Notes: generated from the sequence alone by a model not told the origin. A DNA stretch of 64,000 nt from Phycisphaeraceae bacterium (GCA_963674705.1 OY771506.1:288001-352000), one strand, 5' to 3'. Counted from the first letter of the stretch, positions 8,435 through 17,591 are shown. Made by a program: numbers and translations.

Positions 8435-8499
8435 AGGAAGAAACGGAGGAAGAAACGGAGAGGAAGAAACGGAGGAAGAAACGGGGTCTGACCCTGTTT
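8435..8499 (+). repeat. AGGAAGAAACGG x4 stutter running into REP palindrome copy 7 (8479-8499)
   Basis: 12-mers at 8435, 8447, 8461 and 8473; palindrome AAACGGGGTCTGACCCTGTTT. Confidence 0.93.
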
Positions 8500-8516
8500 T
8501 TCAGGTGGCTTGCTTA

Positions 8517-8622
8517 GGGAGAGCCGTGCCGAGCGCGGCGAGGTTTTATGCCGTCGCGGCTGGTGGCTGTGCGGGTTTGTGGTTGTTGATGTGAAGAGCG
8601 CGACCGATGGTCGCGGCTATAC
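8517..8622 (+). repeat. Right copy of the 85-bp direct repeat, continuing into a CGCGACCGATGGTCGCGGCTATACA arm
   Basis: Matches 3323-3407; the arm is also seen near 6855-6878 and 14646-14670. Confidence 0.8.
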
Positions 8623-8765
8623 AGGTGGGTGTGAGTTCATTGTAAATGATAAAAACCCGGCCGGGATGGTCGGGCATTAGACGTGAAGCAAGAGCGCTAA
8701 GCCGTAAGCGGCTTGACGAGTTGGTCGTGTTTGCTTTGTGATTCGTTACGTAATCAACCCGGCTC

Positions 8766-11642
8766 TCACCCAGGCCCCCCCGGAAGTCTCCCGGGGGGAG
8801 AGGGAGGAAAGATAACGGGGAGGGTTTGGTTGGTGCGGGCTTGTTGCAGGCGCAGGCGGGCGATGTCGATGGGTTGCCAGGTGCGCCAGACTTTGAAGGT
8901 TGGGGTGAAGCCGTAGGCGCCGTTGTTGACTTTGATGGCAACATTTTCCTTGAGGTACATGCGGTAGTCGGGGCGGATGGCTTCGAGTTGGTCGAGGACT
9001 TGTTCGGCGCGGTCGTATTGTTGTTGTGCGATCAGGTCATCGATGATTTGGGCGTAGGTGTTGAGCAGGAACTGCCAGCGGTGGTTGTTGGCTTCATGGG
9101 CGTAGTCGGGCTGGGTGGTGTTGTTGGTGATGTTATCGATTGTGGCGAGGGCTTGATCGAATTGGCCTAGTTTTGCCTGCAGTTTTGCGGTTTCGAGATC
9201 GAGATTTTCCAGGGCGAGTTTGTAGAGCATGTCGTCGTTACGGATGTACTCTGGCCAGGCGTCACGGGGCAGGTCGCGTTTTTTATTTATCGCTTCGATA
9301 GCCTGTTGATATTGGCCTTGCTTCTGGCATTGATTTATCTCATCGCTGAGCTTCTGGTATGGCGACTCTTGTTTTTCAAGTTGCTCGGCGAGGTCGGGGT
9401 ATTGTTTGAGCAGGTCGGCGAGCGAGTCGAACTTTGGCGATGGCAGGTCGATGTTTTGTTGCCAGTTGAAGCGGTCGCCGTTGTAGGACCTGGCTGATTC
9501 GGGGTCGTCGAGCGCGTTCATGATGACGACACTGTAATCCAGTTGGACTTGATCGGCGTCACCCTCGAGCAGGTAGGTGTGGACGCTGGGTTTTTCGCGG
9601 CCGCCGTTGTCGTGGGCGGTGTTGATGAGTTTCCATGTGCTTTGATCGGGGAGTTTGCCGGGAATCCAGTAGTTGGAGATGTTTCCGCCGCGGTCGGCGG
9701 GGGTTTGGACTGCGATGACGGTGTAGCCGTCGTTGCTGCGGGCGGCGGAGAGGACTTTCGGGCCGAAGCCACTATTCAGCGATTCGGTCGCACGCGGGAT
9801 CGCCATGGCGAGCGTGAGTTTGATGTTGAACTTCTTGTAGCTATCGACCAGGGAATCTTTTCTTTCGGTTTCTGTGAGGAACTTATCTTCCAGCGGTTTG
9901 AGTTGTTGATAGAGCGAATCGAATTCGCCGGTTCGGCCGGTGCGGTGCAGGTGGAGCAGGTATTGGCCGAGTTGATTCATCGTGTCCCAATCGCTGAACG
10001 GATCGGCGAGTGCTTGATCCAGGCGGTCGCGTTTGAATATCTTTGCGTACTCATCCCACAGATCGTAGTGGCGCAGGATCTGGTAGCCGTTAGTATCGAG
10101 CGGCTCGAGGCTTTTGAGTGTGTTTAGTTGTACCCATAGCGGGCTGCGGAGCAGGTGGTATGAGTAGAGCGCTTCGCGGCGTTGGTTCGGGTCGGCGAGC
10201 ACGGTCCAGCTTGGCCAGGTATGGGGGATGCCGGCTTGCGCAGCTTCGGGGATGGTGACTTGTTGCTTGCCGACAAGGACATCGGACATCATGCCGGAGT
10301 CGGCGTCGCGTTCGTAGACGGTGTAGCGCAGGTTGATGGTGCGCTGAGCTTCGCCTTGGACGAAAGGCGGAACAGCGATGTAAGTCATGCGGAGGGGCTC
10401 GTTGGGGACTTCATCCGCATCGTCGTAAAGATACATCTGCGGCGCGATGCGGTAGTAGGTGTTGCCCCAGTTGTCGAAGAGTTGTTCGCTGTAGCTCGGT
10501 GCGTACATACCGCCGTTGGGTTTGCGGTTATTGGCGTGTTTGGCGGTGATGAGAAGGTCGCCTGAGTCTGCTGATTCGATGGCGACAAACTCAGGCATCT
10601 GGATGCCGGACTCGGGGTCGTAGAGTTGTTCGAGGCCGACGGGTTTACCTTCGAGTTTTTCAGCGCCTGCCCGCATGATCTGACCGACCTGGTACAGGTT
10701 GCGTTGCTTGATGATTTCGTCGAAGTGGTCAGGGTCGAAGAACGATTCGGGCTGCGGGTCGGTGTAGTCGAACGTCACGAGCAGGAAGTCTTCGTAGTTC
10801 GGCTGATAGAGTTTCATGCGGATGGGCAAGCGGGATTCTTTCAGGACCCAGATGCGAGCCCACTGCATGGTGGCGTCGTGGGAATAATCGAAGACTTCTA
10901 TGCCGGCACTTGCGGCGACGGTCGCGCTCTTGACAGGTTTGCCTTGCGGGGGATCGCCACGGAACATCATGTGCAACAGCGCATCGAGCATGCCTTTCTC
11001 TTCAAGCGTATGGATGTACTGATCGGGGATGAGTTGGAAGCGCGTATCCTGTTGTTCGATCCATTTGCGCTCATCGGCGTCGAAGATGCGCGAGGTTTCC
11101 CCGTTGCGGAACTGGACCTGGTCGAATCCCTGGGCGCGGAAGTGGCCGGGCGATCGGTAGTACATGTCGATCTTGTACATCTTGGGCATATTGCCGTTGT
11201 GCGGTTCGTCGGCCCAGGCGGTGGCGTGGAAGTGATCGACATGATTCATGGCGGTGACGACGTCGGCCCAGGCGACGGAGGAGATAGCGCTGCCGTTATG
11301 CGTTTGCGTATCCGTGATCAGCAGGACAAACATCACGACAGCGGCGGCGACGGCGATCGGACCCCAGACGCGCCAGCGCGAGGGCGCGTAGTGTGGCTGC
11401 GATTGCGGATTCGCTTGCATGGATTCCTTGCGCACGGCCTTCATGATGTCGGCTTCGAGGTCGGCGGTTGAGGCGCTATCGTTTGAGTCGGTGACGGCGT
11501 TCATGGCTTGCGTGAGCGCGGCAAGCTCTTCGTGGGATTCGACGTCGCCGTTGAGCGTGGCCTGGAATTCGGCGCGCTGTTCGGGTGTCATTTCGCCGGT
11601 GAGGTAATCGATCATTTGTTGTTGGCGTTTTTTGTCGGTCAT
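8766..11642 (-). CDS. Large (958 aa) membrane-anchored putative anti-sigma/sensor protein
   Basis: ATGA overlap with the ECF gene; N-terminal IDYLTGEMTPEQRAEFQATL, single TM helix (PIAVAAAVVMFVLLI), AWADVV motif, helical TPR-like C-terminus. Confidence 0.75.
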   Translation of the reverse strand: MTDKKRQQQMIDYLTGEMTPEQRAEFQATLNGDVESHEELAALTQAMNAVTDSNDSASTADLEADIMKAVRKESMQANPQSQPHYAPSRWRVWGPIAVAAAVVMFVLLITDTQTHNGSAISSVAWADVVTAMNHVDHFHATAWADEPHNGNMPKMYKIDMYYRSPGHFRAQGFDQVQFRNGETSRIFDADERKWIEQQDTRFQLIPDQYIHTLEEKGMLDALLHMMFRGDPPQGKPVKSATVAASAGIEVFDYSHDATMQWARIWVLKESRLPIRMKLYQPNYEDFLLVTFDYTDPQPESFFDPDHFDEIIKQRNLYQVGQIMRAGAEKLEGKPVGLEQLYDPESGIQMPEFVAIESADSGDLLITAKHANNRKPNGGMYAPSYSEQLFDNWGNTYYRIAPQMYLYDDADEVPNEPLRMTYIAVPPFVQGEAQRTINLRYTVYERDADSGMMSDVLVGKQQVTIPEAAQAGIPHTWPSWTVLADPNQRREALYSYHLLRSPLWVQLNTLKSLEPLDTNGYQILRHYDLWDEYAKIFKRDRLDQALADPFSDWDTMNQLGQYLLHLHRTGRTGEFDSLYQQLKPLEDKFLTETERKDSLVDSYKKFNIKLTLAMAIPRATESLNSGFGPKVLSAARSNDGYTVIAVQTPADRGGNISNYWIPGKLPDQSTWKLINTAHDNGGREKPSVHTYLLEGDADQVQLDYSVVIMNALDDPESARSYNGDRFNWQQNIDLPSPKFDSLADLLKQYPDLAEQLEKQESPYQKLSDEINQCQKQGQYQQAIEAINKKRDLPRDAWPEYIRNDDMLYKLALENLDLETAKLQAKLGQFDQALATIDNITNNTTQPDYAHEANNHRWQFLLNTYAQIIDDLIAQQQYDRAEQVLDQLEAIRPDYRMYLKENVAIKVNNGAYGFTPTFKVWRTWQPIDIARLRLQQARTNQTLPVIFPPSPPGRLPGGPG

Positions 11643-12241
11643 GAGATTGCCTCCGGCTGAGATTCGGTGGCGAGTGTTTCGTGGATTTTGAGCAGGCCGT
11701 AGCGCATGCGTGAACGCGCGGTGGCGACGGGGCAACCGAGCACCTCGGCGATTTCGGCGAAGCTGAGTTGGCCGAACAGTTTCATCGAGACGACTTGTTG
11801 CTGCTGCTCGGGTAAGGCTGCGATGAGTTGTCGTGCGTAGAGTGCCTGATCGGCGCGCTCGGTCAGGCGGGCGGGGTCGGTGGATGTATCGGCGGTGTCT
11901 TTGGCGGATGTGTGTTCAGCCAGCTTTGGTCGGCGGGCGCGGTAGCGGTAGTGATCGATCAGCGTGTTGTTGGCGATCGTAAACAGCCAGGTTTTCAGTG
12001 AGGATGCGCCGGCGAAGTTGCCCGCACTGAGCGAGCGGAAGGCGCGGAGGAAGACGTCCTGCGACAGGTCGTCTGCGGTGTGCTTGTCTTCGACGCGGTG
12101 CGAAAGATAGTTCGACAAGGGCCCGGCGTAGCGTTTGACGAGGATGGCAAACGCTTCGACGTCCCCCGCTTCTACGCGTCGGACGACGGCCGGGTCTTGC
12201 TCGTAGTCTTGGGTCTGCATAGGCATGAGTCGGTCCGTCAA
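11639..12241 (-). CDS. ECF-family RNA polymerase sigma-70 factor (start uncertain)
   Basis: ADDLSQDVFLRAF, LKTWLFTIANN, LSFAEIAEVLGCPVATARSRMRY. Confidence 0.95.
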   Translation of the reverse strand: MTDRLMPMQTQDYEQDPAVVRRVEAGDVEAFAILVKRYAGPLSNYLSHRVEDKHTADDLSQDVFLRAFRSLSAGNFAGASSLKTWLFTIANNTLIDHYRYRARRPKLAEHTSAKDTADTSTDPARLTERADQALYARQLIAALPEQQQQVVSMKLFGQLSFAEIAEVLGCPVATARSRMRYGLLKIHETLATESQPEAIS

Positions 12242-12413
12242 GAATGACTGTGAAACTACAGCATTAGACGATGGATTGGGAGCAAGTGATTTAAATGACG
12301 TTGGGAAAGATGTGGGGAGCGGGAGAAAAGCGTCACGGGGGTTGTGATAAAGAGCTTGGGTGTAGAAGGTTATATTTTATTCGTGATCCGGCCTGGGTGG
12401 TTGGATCACGTGG

Positions 12414-12439
12414 CCAGAGCGCTAAGCCGCAAGCGGCTT
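12414..12439. repeat. REP-like AGAGCGCTAAGCCGCAAGCGGCTT, second copy near 8691-8714
   Basis: Two near-identical copies containing the AAGCCG-CAAG-CGGCTT hairpin, flanking the ECF/anti-sigma pair. Confidence 0.6.
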
Positions 12440-12599
12440 TGTGGGAGAGAGGCGGCATAATCGTTGTGGGCGTCAGGATCGAAAGAATTTGTTACCGGGG
12501 CTTGATTAAGGTTAATGCGTGGGTTGACGATGCGCTGTTTGTATCGATTGATCGAACATAGACACCCCGCTCGGTCTGGCCGGGCACGCGAGCAATCTT

Positions 12600-13091
12600 G
12601 TGGCACAACCTGTACAGAACAACGAGCCGTCGGACCCGCTGAAGTCGCAACAGGACGGTGCGGCGCGTGTATGGATGAGCCAGCGTCAATGGATGGCGGT
12701 GTTGGAGAACACGGAGCGTCGGGCTCGGCAGGTGCGTGATGATGATCAGGCAAGTGATCTAGACTTGCGGCAGAGCCCGCGTTTACCTTTGCCGGGTGAT
12801 GCGAGGTGCATGATCCGGATGGATGAGAACAGCGACGATCACGGGACATATCTCGTGAAGCTTCGGGATATTTCCGCGACGGGATTGGGCTTCAACAGCC
12901 TGCAAAGGTTTACAGCCAGGACACGCTGCACGGTAGCGCTTCAGGACCCGCAGGGGCATGGCCTTGTGTGTGCGGCGCGGATCGTGTGGTGTAAGTCGGT
13001 TGATGATGAGCATCATGATGTGGGTATCCAGTTCGATCAACCGATTGATCCCACACGTTTTTCGGACGACACGCTCAACGTTCCCTGCTGA
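12600..13091 (+). CDS. PilZ domain protein
   Basis: RQSPR (RxxxR), DISATG (DxSxxG), ARIVWC, VGIQF. Confidence 0.88.
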   Translation: MAQPVQNNEPSDPLKSQQDGAARVWMSQRQWMAVLENTERRARQVRDDDQASDLDLRQSPRLPLPGDARCMIRMDENSDDHGTYLVKLRDISATGLGFNSLQRFTARTRCTVALQDPQGHGLVCAARIVWCKSVDDEHHDVGIQFDQPIDPTRFSDDTLNVPC

Positions 13092-13102
13092 TAGGTTGCG
13101 AT

Positions 13103-13579
13103 ATGACGAAGAAGCTTCGGCAGAGTCATCACGGCGGCGCGCTGAATACGCTCAGCCATTCGTTGACGATCGATCAGTGGCAACAGGCGCTGGAATCCGC
13201 GAAGCGGTACCGGTCGGAATTATCATTCTATGAAGACCGGCGCGACCCCAGCCAGACACGTCACGACACGGTACGACGTTGCCTGCTGCGTGTAGACCGG
13301 GGCGACGCTGCGCCGGGTCTGTACGTCGTGCGGTCGCGTGATATTTCCGACGGCGGGATCCGGATCGTACACGGCGGGCAGGTCAAGCCCCAATCCGTCT
13401 GCTGCATCATCATCGAGACGGAGAACGGCCAGAGCATCGCGGCGGGCGGCGAGGTGAGTTGGTGCAACCCGATCAAGGATGATTCGGTGGATGCGTACGA
13501 GCTGGGCATCCAGTTTTACGTGCCGATCAACGCGAGCTGCTTCGGGCCCGTCTCGGACAGCAATGAGAATGTTGCTTAA
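13103..13579 (+). CDS. PilZ domain protein (degenerate RxxxR)
   Basis: DISDGG, GEVSWC, LGIQF; paralogous to the upstream gene. Confidence 0.82.
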   Translation: MTKKLRQSHHGGALNTLSHSLTIDQWQQALESAKRYRSELSFYEDRRDPSQTRHDTVRRCLLRVDRGDAAPGLYVVRSRDISDGGIRIVHGGQVKPQSVCCIIIETENGQSIAAGGEVSWCNPIKDDSVDAYELGIQFYVPINASCFGPVSDSNENVA

Positions 13580-13670
13580 GCTTCGGCCCGTATAACACCT
13601 GTACTTTCGGCATGCGCCTGTGCTATGCTTACCAGGCATAGTATCAACGCGCGTGTCCCGGGAGTATGTC

Positions 13671-14486
13671 ATGAAACGCCTGCGTAAATGGCTCAAACGG
13701 ATCAGCCTGACGTGTCTCGTGCTGATCGTGTTTCTGGTGATCGCGTACCTGATCTACTTCCCGGGCCAACAGTCTAAGCTTGCGTTTATCCTGGCAACGG
13801 GCGTGGGGGTTCACGATCTACAAGCGCAGGTTGATGCGCTGGAAGACAAGGCGATCCGCTCCGAGCCGTTCAGCGGCGACGAGAAACGTTTTATCACCAA
13901 CCTGTACACCTGCTTTGCCAAGGGGGGCAAGCTTACCATTGTGCTGCGGCAATCGGGCGCGATGATGGATCGCTATCTGTCGATGTCCGGCGAGCCTTTG
14001 CGTACCGAGCCGCGCGTATTCTTGATGAGCCGACCGGTGCAGGAAACTTCCGTGGCCATGATTGAAGAGTTGCTGGCGGATCAGGCAGAAGGCGATCTCA
14101 AGACAAGCTATACCTCCAAGCGTTTTAACATGGCTGATCCGGCCGTGGCGGATTCGATCACCGGGCTATACTTCGGCACACTCACGGTTACGCCCGAAGC
14201 AATAGCGGATGGCACACTTAAACTTTCCTGGCGCGCGGAGGTACCTTGGGTCTGGCCCACGTATGAACAGGTCCGGGCGGAATACGGGAAGTATCACGCT
14301 CGTACCTTTGCGCTACCAAACGCACGCAGCGTGTTGTTCGGTTCAAAGTATTGCCTTTATCTTGATGACGGCTTGGGTGCTTACCTGGAAGAGCAGGAGC
14401 TTGCCGAATCATTTCTGGTTTATTCGCAGTGGGAGCAGGTGATTGAACCTGCTGTAGAGAAGTCTGACGTGAGTAAGACCGAGTAA
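13671..14486 (+). CDS. Hypothetical protein with N-terminal membrane anchor
   Basis: GGAG RBS; MKRLRKWLKR followed by a hydrophobic helix; 271 aa. Confidence 0.7.
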   Translation: MKRLRKWLKRISLTCLVLIVFLVIAYLIYFPGQQSKLAFILATGVGVHDLQAQVDALEDKAIRSEPFSGDEKRFITNLYTCFAKGGKLTIVLRQSGAMMDRYLSMSGEPLRTEPRVFLMSRPVQETSVAMIEELLADQAEGDLKTSYTSKRFNMADPAVADSITGLYFGTLTVTPEAIADGTLKLSWRAEVPWVWPTYEQVRAEYGKYHARTFALPNARSVLFGSKYCLYLDDGLGAYLEEQELAESFLVYSQWEQVIEPAVEKSDVSKTE

Positions 14487-14592
14487 TGCAAGCTATTTCA
14501 GTGCGGAGTCCGAGGACGGCTTGGAACCGCCTGAAACCATGTCGATCGCCTGAATCCGATCCACAATTAGCCACAGATGAACGTGATTTGTT

Positions 14593-14670
14593 GTATAGCC
14601 GCGACCATTGGTCGCGTTCTTCGCTATCTGCCAACACAAAACCAGCGCGACCGATGGTCGCGGCTATACA
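14593..14670. repeat. REPIN-like inverted doublet
   Basis: TGTATAGCCGCGACCATTGGTCGCG ... CGCGACCGATGGTCGCGGCTATACA. Confidence 0.8.
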
Positions 14671-14924
14671 GGATGCGTTTTTCGCGCTTATCGGAACGTG
14701 TGTGCAAGGGATGGCGGGCGAGATTGGTGCGGATTGTAACGGTCGTGACGGTCGGGTTATCGAGCTAAGTCTTGAGGTGTTGTGGGGGTTGGATATGGCT
14801 TATCCGGCACCTGCTTAGCGACGATAGATACCACGACAACCCATCGTCCGCACGGGCGGTCAGGCAGGGCCGGTGACGGTCCGCCCGTCTGTTGCGGAGG
14901 GGGCGAATGGAGTGCGAGGGCCCG

Positions 14925-15980
14925 ATGGAACTAGACACGATCTTAAAGACCGCGTTGGACATGGATTGCTCGGACATCCACCTGATCGCGGGACATCCGC
15001 CGCTGGTGCGTCAGCACACGATCATGACGCCGTTGGACTATCCGGTCCTGACGGCGGAGGGCGCGCTGCGGATGCTCAAGCAGATGGCCGGCGAAGACCA
15101 GATGAAGGTCTTTGAGAAGATCAAAGACTCGGACTTCTCGTACGAGATCCCCGGGCTTGGCCGATTCCGTGTGAACGCTCACTTGCAGCGTGGCATGGTC
15201 GGTATCGCATTGCGTGCGATCAAGACGGAGATCCCGCCGCTGAAGAGCCTGAACCTGCCGGAGGTCATCAGCCGGCTGACGTACCTGCCGCGCGGGCTGG
15301 TACTGGTAACCGGCGACACGGGTTCGGGTAAATCGACGACGCTGGCGGCGATGATCGACGCGATGAACAAGCGTTATCACAAGCACATCATCACGCTGGA
15401 AGACCCCGTCGAATACTCGCTGGTCAGCGACAAGTGCGCGATCGAGCAGCGCGAACTCGGCGCGGACACACCGAGTTTCGCATCCGGGTTGCGACACGTC
15501 CTGCGTCAGGACCCTGACATCATCCTGGTCGGTGAAATGCGTGACCTCGAGACGACGGCCGCGGCGATCACGGCGGCGGAAACAGGCCACCTGGTCTTGA
15601 GCACGCTGCACACGGTCAACGCGTCACAGACCATCGAACGTATCATCGATATGTACCCCGCCGACCAGCAGAACCAGATCCGGTCGATGCTGGCCAACAC
15701 GCTTCAGGCGGTGATCTCCCAGACGTTGTTCAAGCGCATCGACAAGAAGGGCATGGTGCCCGGGATCGAGATCATGTTGTGTACCCCGGCGGTACGTAAC
15801 CTGATCCGTGAAAACCGTGCGTTTGAAATCCCGAACGTGATCGAGACGAACCGGGCGCTGGGCATGAACAGCCTGGACAACTCGATCGCGGAATTGTTCT
15901 TCAACGGGATGATCAGTCGGGAAGATGCGATCGCCCAAGCGGCGTATCCGGAGAAGCTGGAACGGGCGCTGGTCGCCTAG
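14925..15980 (+). CDS. pilT: Type IV pilus retraction ATPase PilT
   Basis: SDIHL, GRFRVNAH, GDTGSGKSTT, LEDPVE, LRQDPDIILVGEMRD, AETGHLVLSTLHT, AVRNLIRE. Confidence 0.93.
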   Translation: MELDTILKTALDMDCSDIHLIAGHPPLVRQHTIMTPLDYPVLTAEGALRMLKQMAGEDQMKVFEKIKDSDFSYEIPGLGRFRVNAHLQRGMVGIALRAIKTEIPPLKSLNLPEVISRLTYLPRGLVLVTGDTGSGKSTTLAAMIDAMNKRYHKHIITLEDPVEYSLVSDKCAIEQRELGADTPSFASGLRHVLRQDPDIILVGEMRDLETTAAAITAAETGHLVLSTLHTVNASQTIERIIDMYPADQQNQIRSMLANTLQAVISQTLFKRIDKKGMVPGIEIMLCTPAVRNLIRENRAFEIPNVIETNRALGMNSLDNSIAELFFNGMISREDAIAQAAYPEKLERALVA

Positions 15981-15987
15981 CGGTGCC

Positions 15988-16112
15988 AGCCATTAGCCTT
16001 CAGCAATTAGCCATTAGCTGAAGGCAGAACAGGAAGAAAGAGACCGATTTGTAAACCAAGAGGGCTGATAGCAGGAAGCTAAAGGCTAACGGCTAAAGGC
16101 TAAGGGCTTAAT
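15988..16112. repeat. Inverted heptamer tracts between pilT and pilC
   Basis: CATTAGC CTTCAGC AATTAGC CATTAGC ... GCTGATA GCAGGAA GCTAAAG GCTAACG GCTAAAG GCTAAGG. Confidence 0.85.
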
Positions 16113-16115
16113 GAA

Positions 16116-17342
16116 ATGCCGACATACCGTTACCAGATGAAAACCAGCGGCGGGCAGACCTCGGTGGGTATCCTTAGTGCCGAGAGTGCCCTGGCGGCTG
16201 CGCAGCAATTGCGTAACCAGGGGAACACCGTCCTTCAGTTGACGCCGATCAGCCAGGGCGCGGGCAAGTCCATGGGGGACAAGCTCAAGTCGCTGAACTA
16301 CAGCTCCGGGCCCGGCGCGCGTGACGTGTTGAACTTCACGACGCAGCTTGCGGTGATGGTGCGTGCGGGTATCAGCCTGCGTGCGGCGATCGAAGGCATT
16401 GCAGATCAAACCGAGAACCAGAAGTTCCGCCAGATCCTCCTTGAGATCAAGCAGGACGTTGAATCAGGCAAGCAGTTTTCCGAGGCGTTGCAGAAACACC
16501 CGAAACTGTTCGGGCCGCTGTACGTCAACATGGTTCGTGCTTCGGAAATGTCGGGTAGTTTCAGCCAGATGCTCGAACGTATCGCGGCGTATCTCGCCCA
16601 GCAGATCGAAACGCGGGCGATGGTGATCGGTGCGATGATCTACCCTGTGGTGATCGGTGCGTTGGCGGTGGGTGTGACGATCTTCCTGTTGACGTTCGTG
16701 CTGCCGCGGTTCGCGGCGGTGTTCGAGGGCAAGGAAGCGGCGATGCCCTGGCCGACGATCTTCCTGATGAACCTGTCAGCGTTCATGGTGAGCTGGTGGT
16801 GGGCGGTGGTGCTGGGCCTGGTCGGCATCGGGGTCTCGTTGTGGTTCTTCATCAAGACGGAAGCGGGTGGCTGGTGGTTCGACGCGACCAAGCTGCAGGT
16901 GCCGATCTTCAAGAAGATGTTCCGAGCGCTGTACATCAGCCGAAGTCTGCACACGATGGGCGAGCTGGTGAACGCCGGCGTGCCGATGCTGGACACGCTT
17001 GCGATCACGGGCGACATCAGCGGCAACCGCTTGTTCAGGCGGCTGTGGCGTAACGTGTACACGTCGGTGAAACAGGGTAAGAAGATCGCGATGCCCTTAA
17101 GCAAGAGCCATCTGCTGCCCAAGGCGGTGGTGCAGATGATTTCAGCGGGCGAAGAATCCGGTAAGCTCGGTGAGGTGCTGGACGAAATCTCCAGCTTCTA
17201 CGCCAAGCAGTTGCGTGAAGTGATCAAGACCGTGACGAGCATGATCGAACCGATCATGATCATCATCATGGGTTCGGTGGTCGGCTTCATCGCGATGGCG
17301 ATCATCCTGCCGATCTTCAAGCTGTCGACGTTGGTTAAATGA
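16116..17342 (+). CDS. pilC: Type II secretion/type IV pilus platform protein (GspF/PilC family)
   Basis: FTTQLAVMVRAGI, YVNMVRASEMSG, AMIYP, AGEESGKLGEVL, IEPIMI, AIILPIF. Confidence 0.93.
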   Translation: MPTYRYQMKTSGGQTSVGILSAESALAAAQQLRNQGNTVLQLTPISQGAGKSMGDKLKSLNYSSGPGARDVLNFTTQLAVMVRAGISLRAAIEGIADQTENQKFRQILLEIKQDVESGKQFSEALQKHPKLFGPLYVNMVRASEMSGSFSQMLERIAAYLAQQIETRAMVIGAMIYPVVIGALAVGVTIFLLTFVLPRFAAVFEGKEAAMPWPTIFLMNLSAFMVSWWWAVVLGLVGIGVSLWFFIKTEAGGWWFDATKLQVPIFKKMFRALYISRSLHTMGELVNAGVPMLDTLAITGDISGNRLFRRLWRNVYTSVKQGKKIAMPLSKSHLLPKAVVQMISAGEESGKLGEVLDEISSFYAKQLREVIKTVTSMIEPIMIIIMGSVVGFIAMAIILPIFKLSTLVK

Positions 17343-17346
17343 CGGA

Positions 17347-17378
17347 AGGGTTTAGGGTGCAGGGTTTAGGGTGTAGGG
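17347..17378 (+). repeat. Heptamer tract after pilC
   Basis: AGGG TTTAGGG TGCAGGG TTTAGGG TGTAGGG. Confidence 0.8.
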
Positions 17379-17591
17379 TAAAGAAATACCTCCCCCCCCA
17401 ACGCCGGTTCTGAGCGAAGCGAAGGGCCGGGTATCAGAGATGAAGCGTTGTGTACTCAGCGTCAGCGGATGGTTTGTATCGGTTATGCGGGTTACGAACA
17501 GCATGATCGATCGTGGAAGTGACGAACGGATTTTTGTTGAGGCTTATCGGATCGTAGGTTTGAAGTTGAAGAAAACCGCAAGGTGTGTGAT

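Noticed and set aside
3407..8499. Classical integron with attC cassettes
   Set aside because: No tyrosine recombinase and no attC-type RYYYAAC...GTTRRRY structure recognised; cargo includes truncated genes in both orientations
17351..17378. Plant telomere repeat TTTAGGG / eukaryotic contamination
   Set aside because: Only two exact units in a degenerate tract; it is one of several heptamer tracts in a clearly bacterial operon
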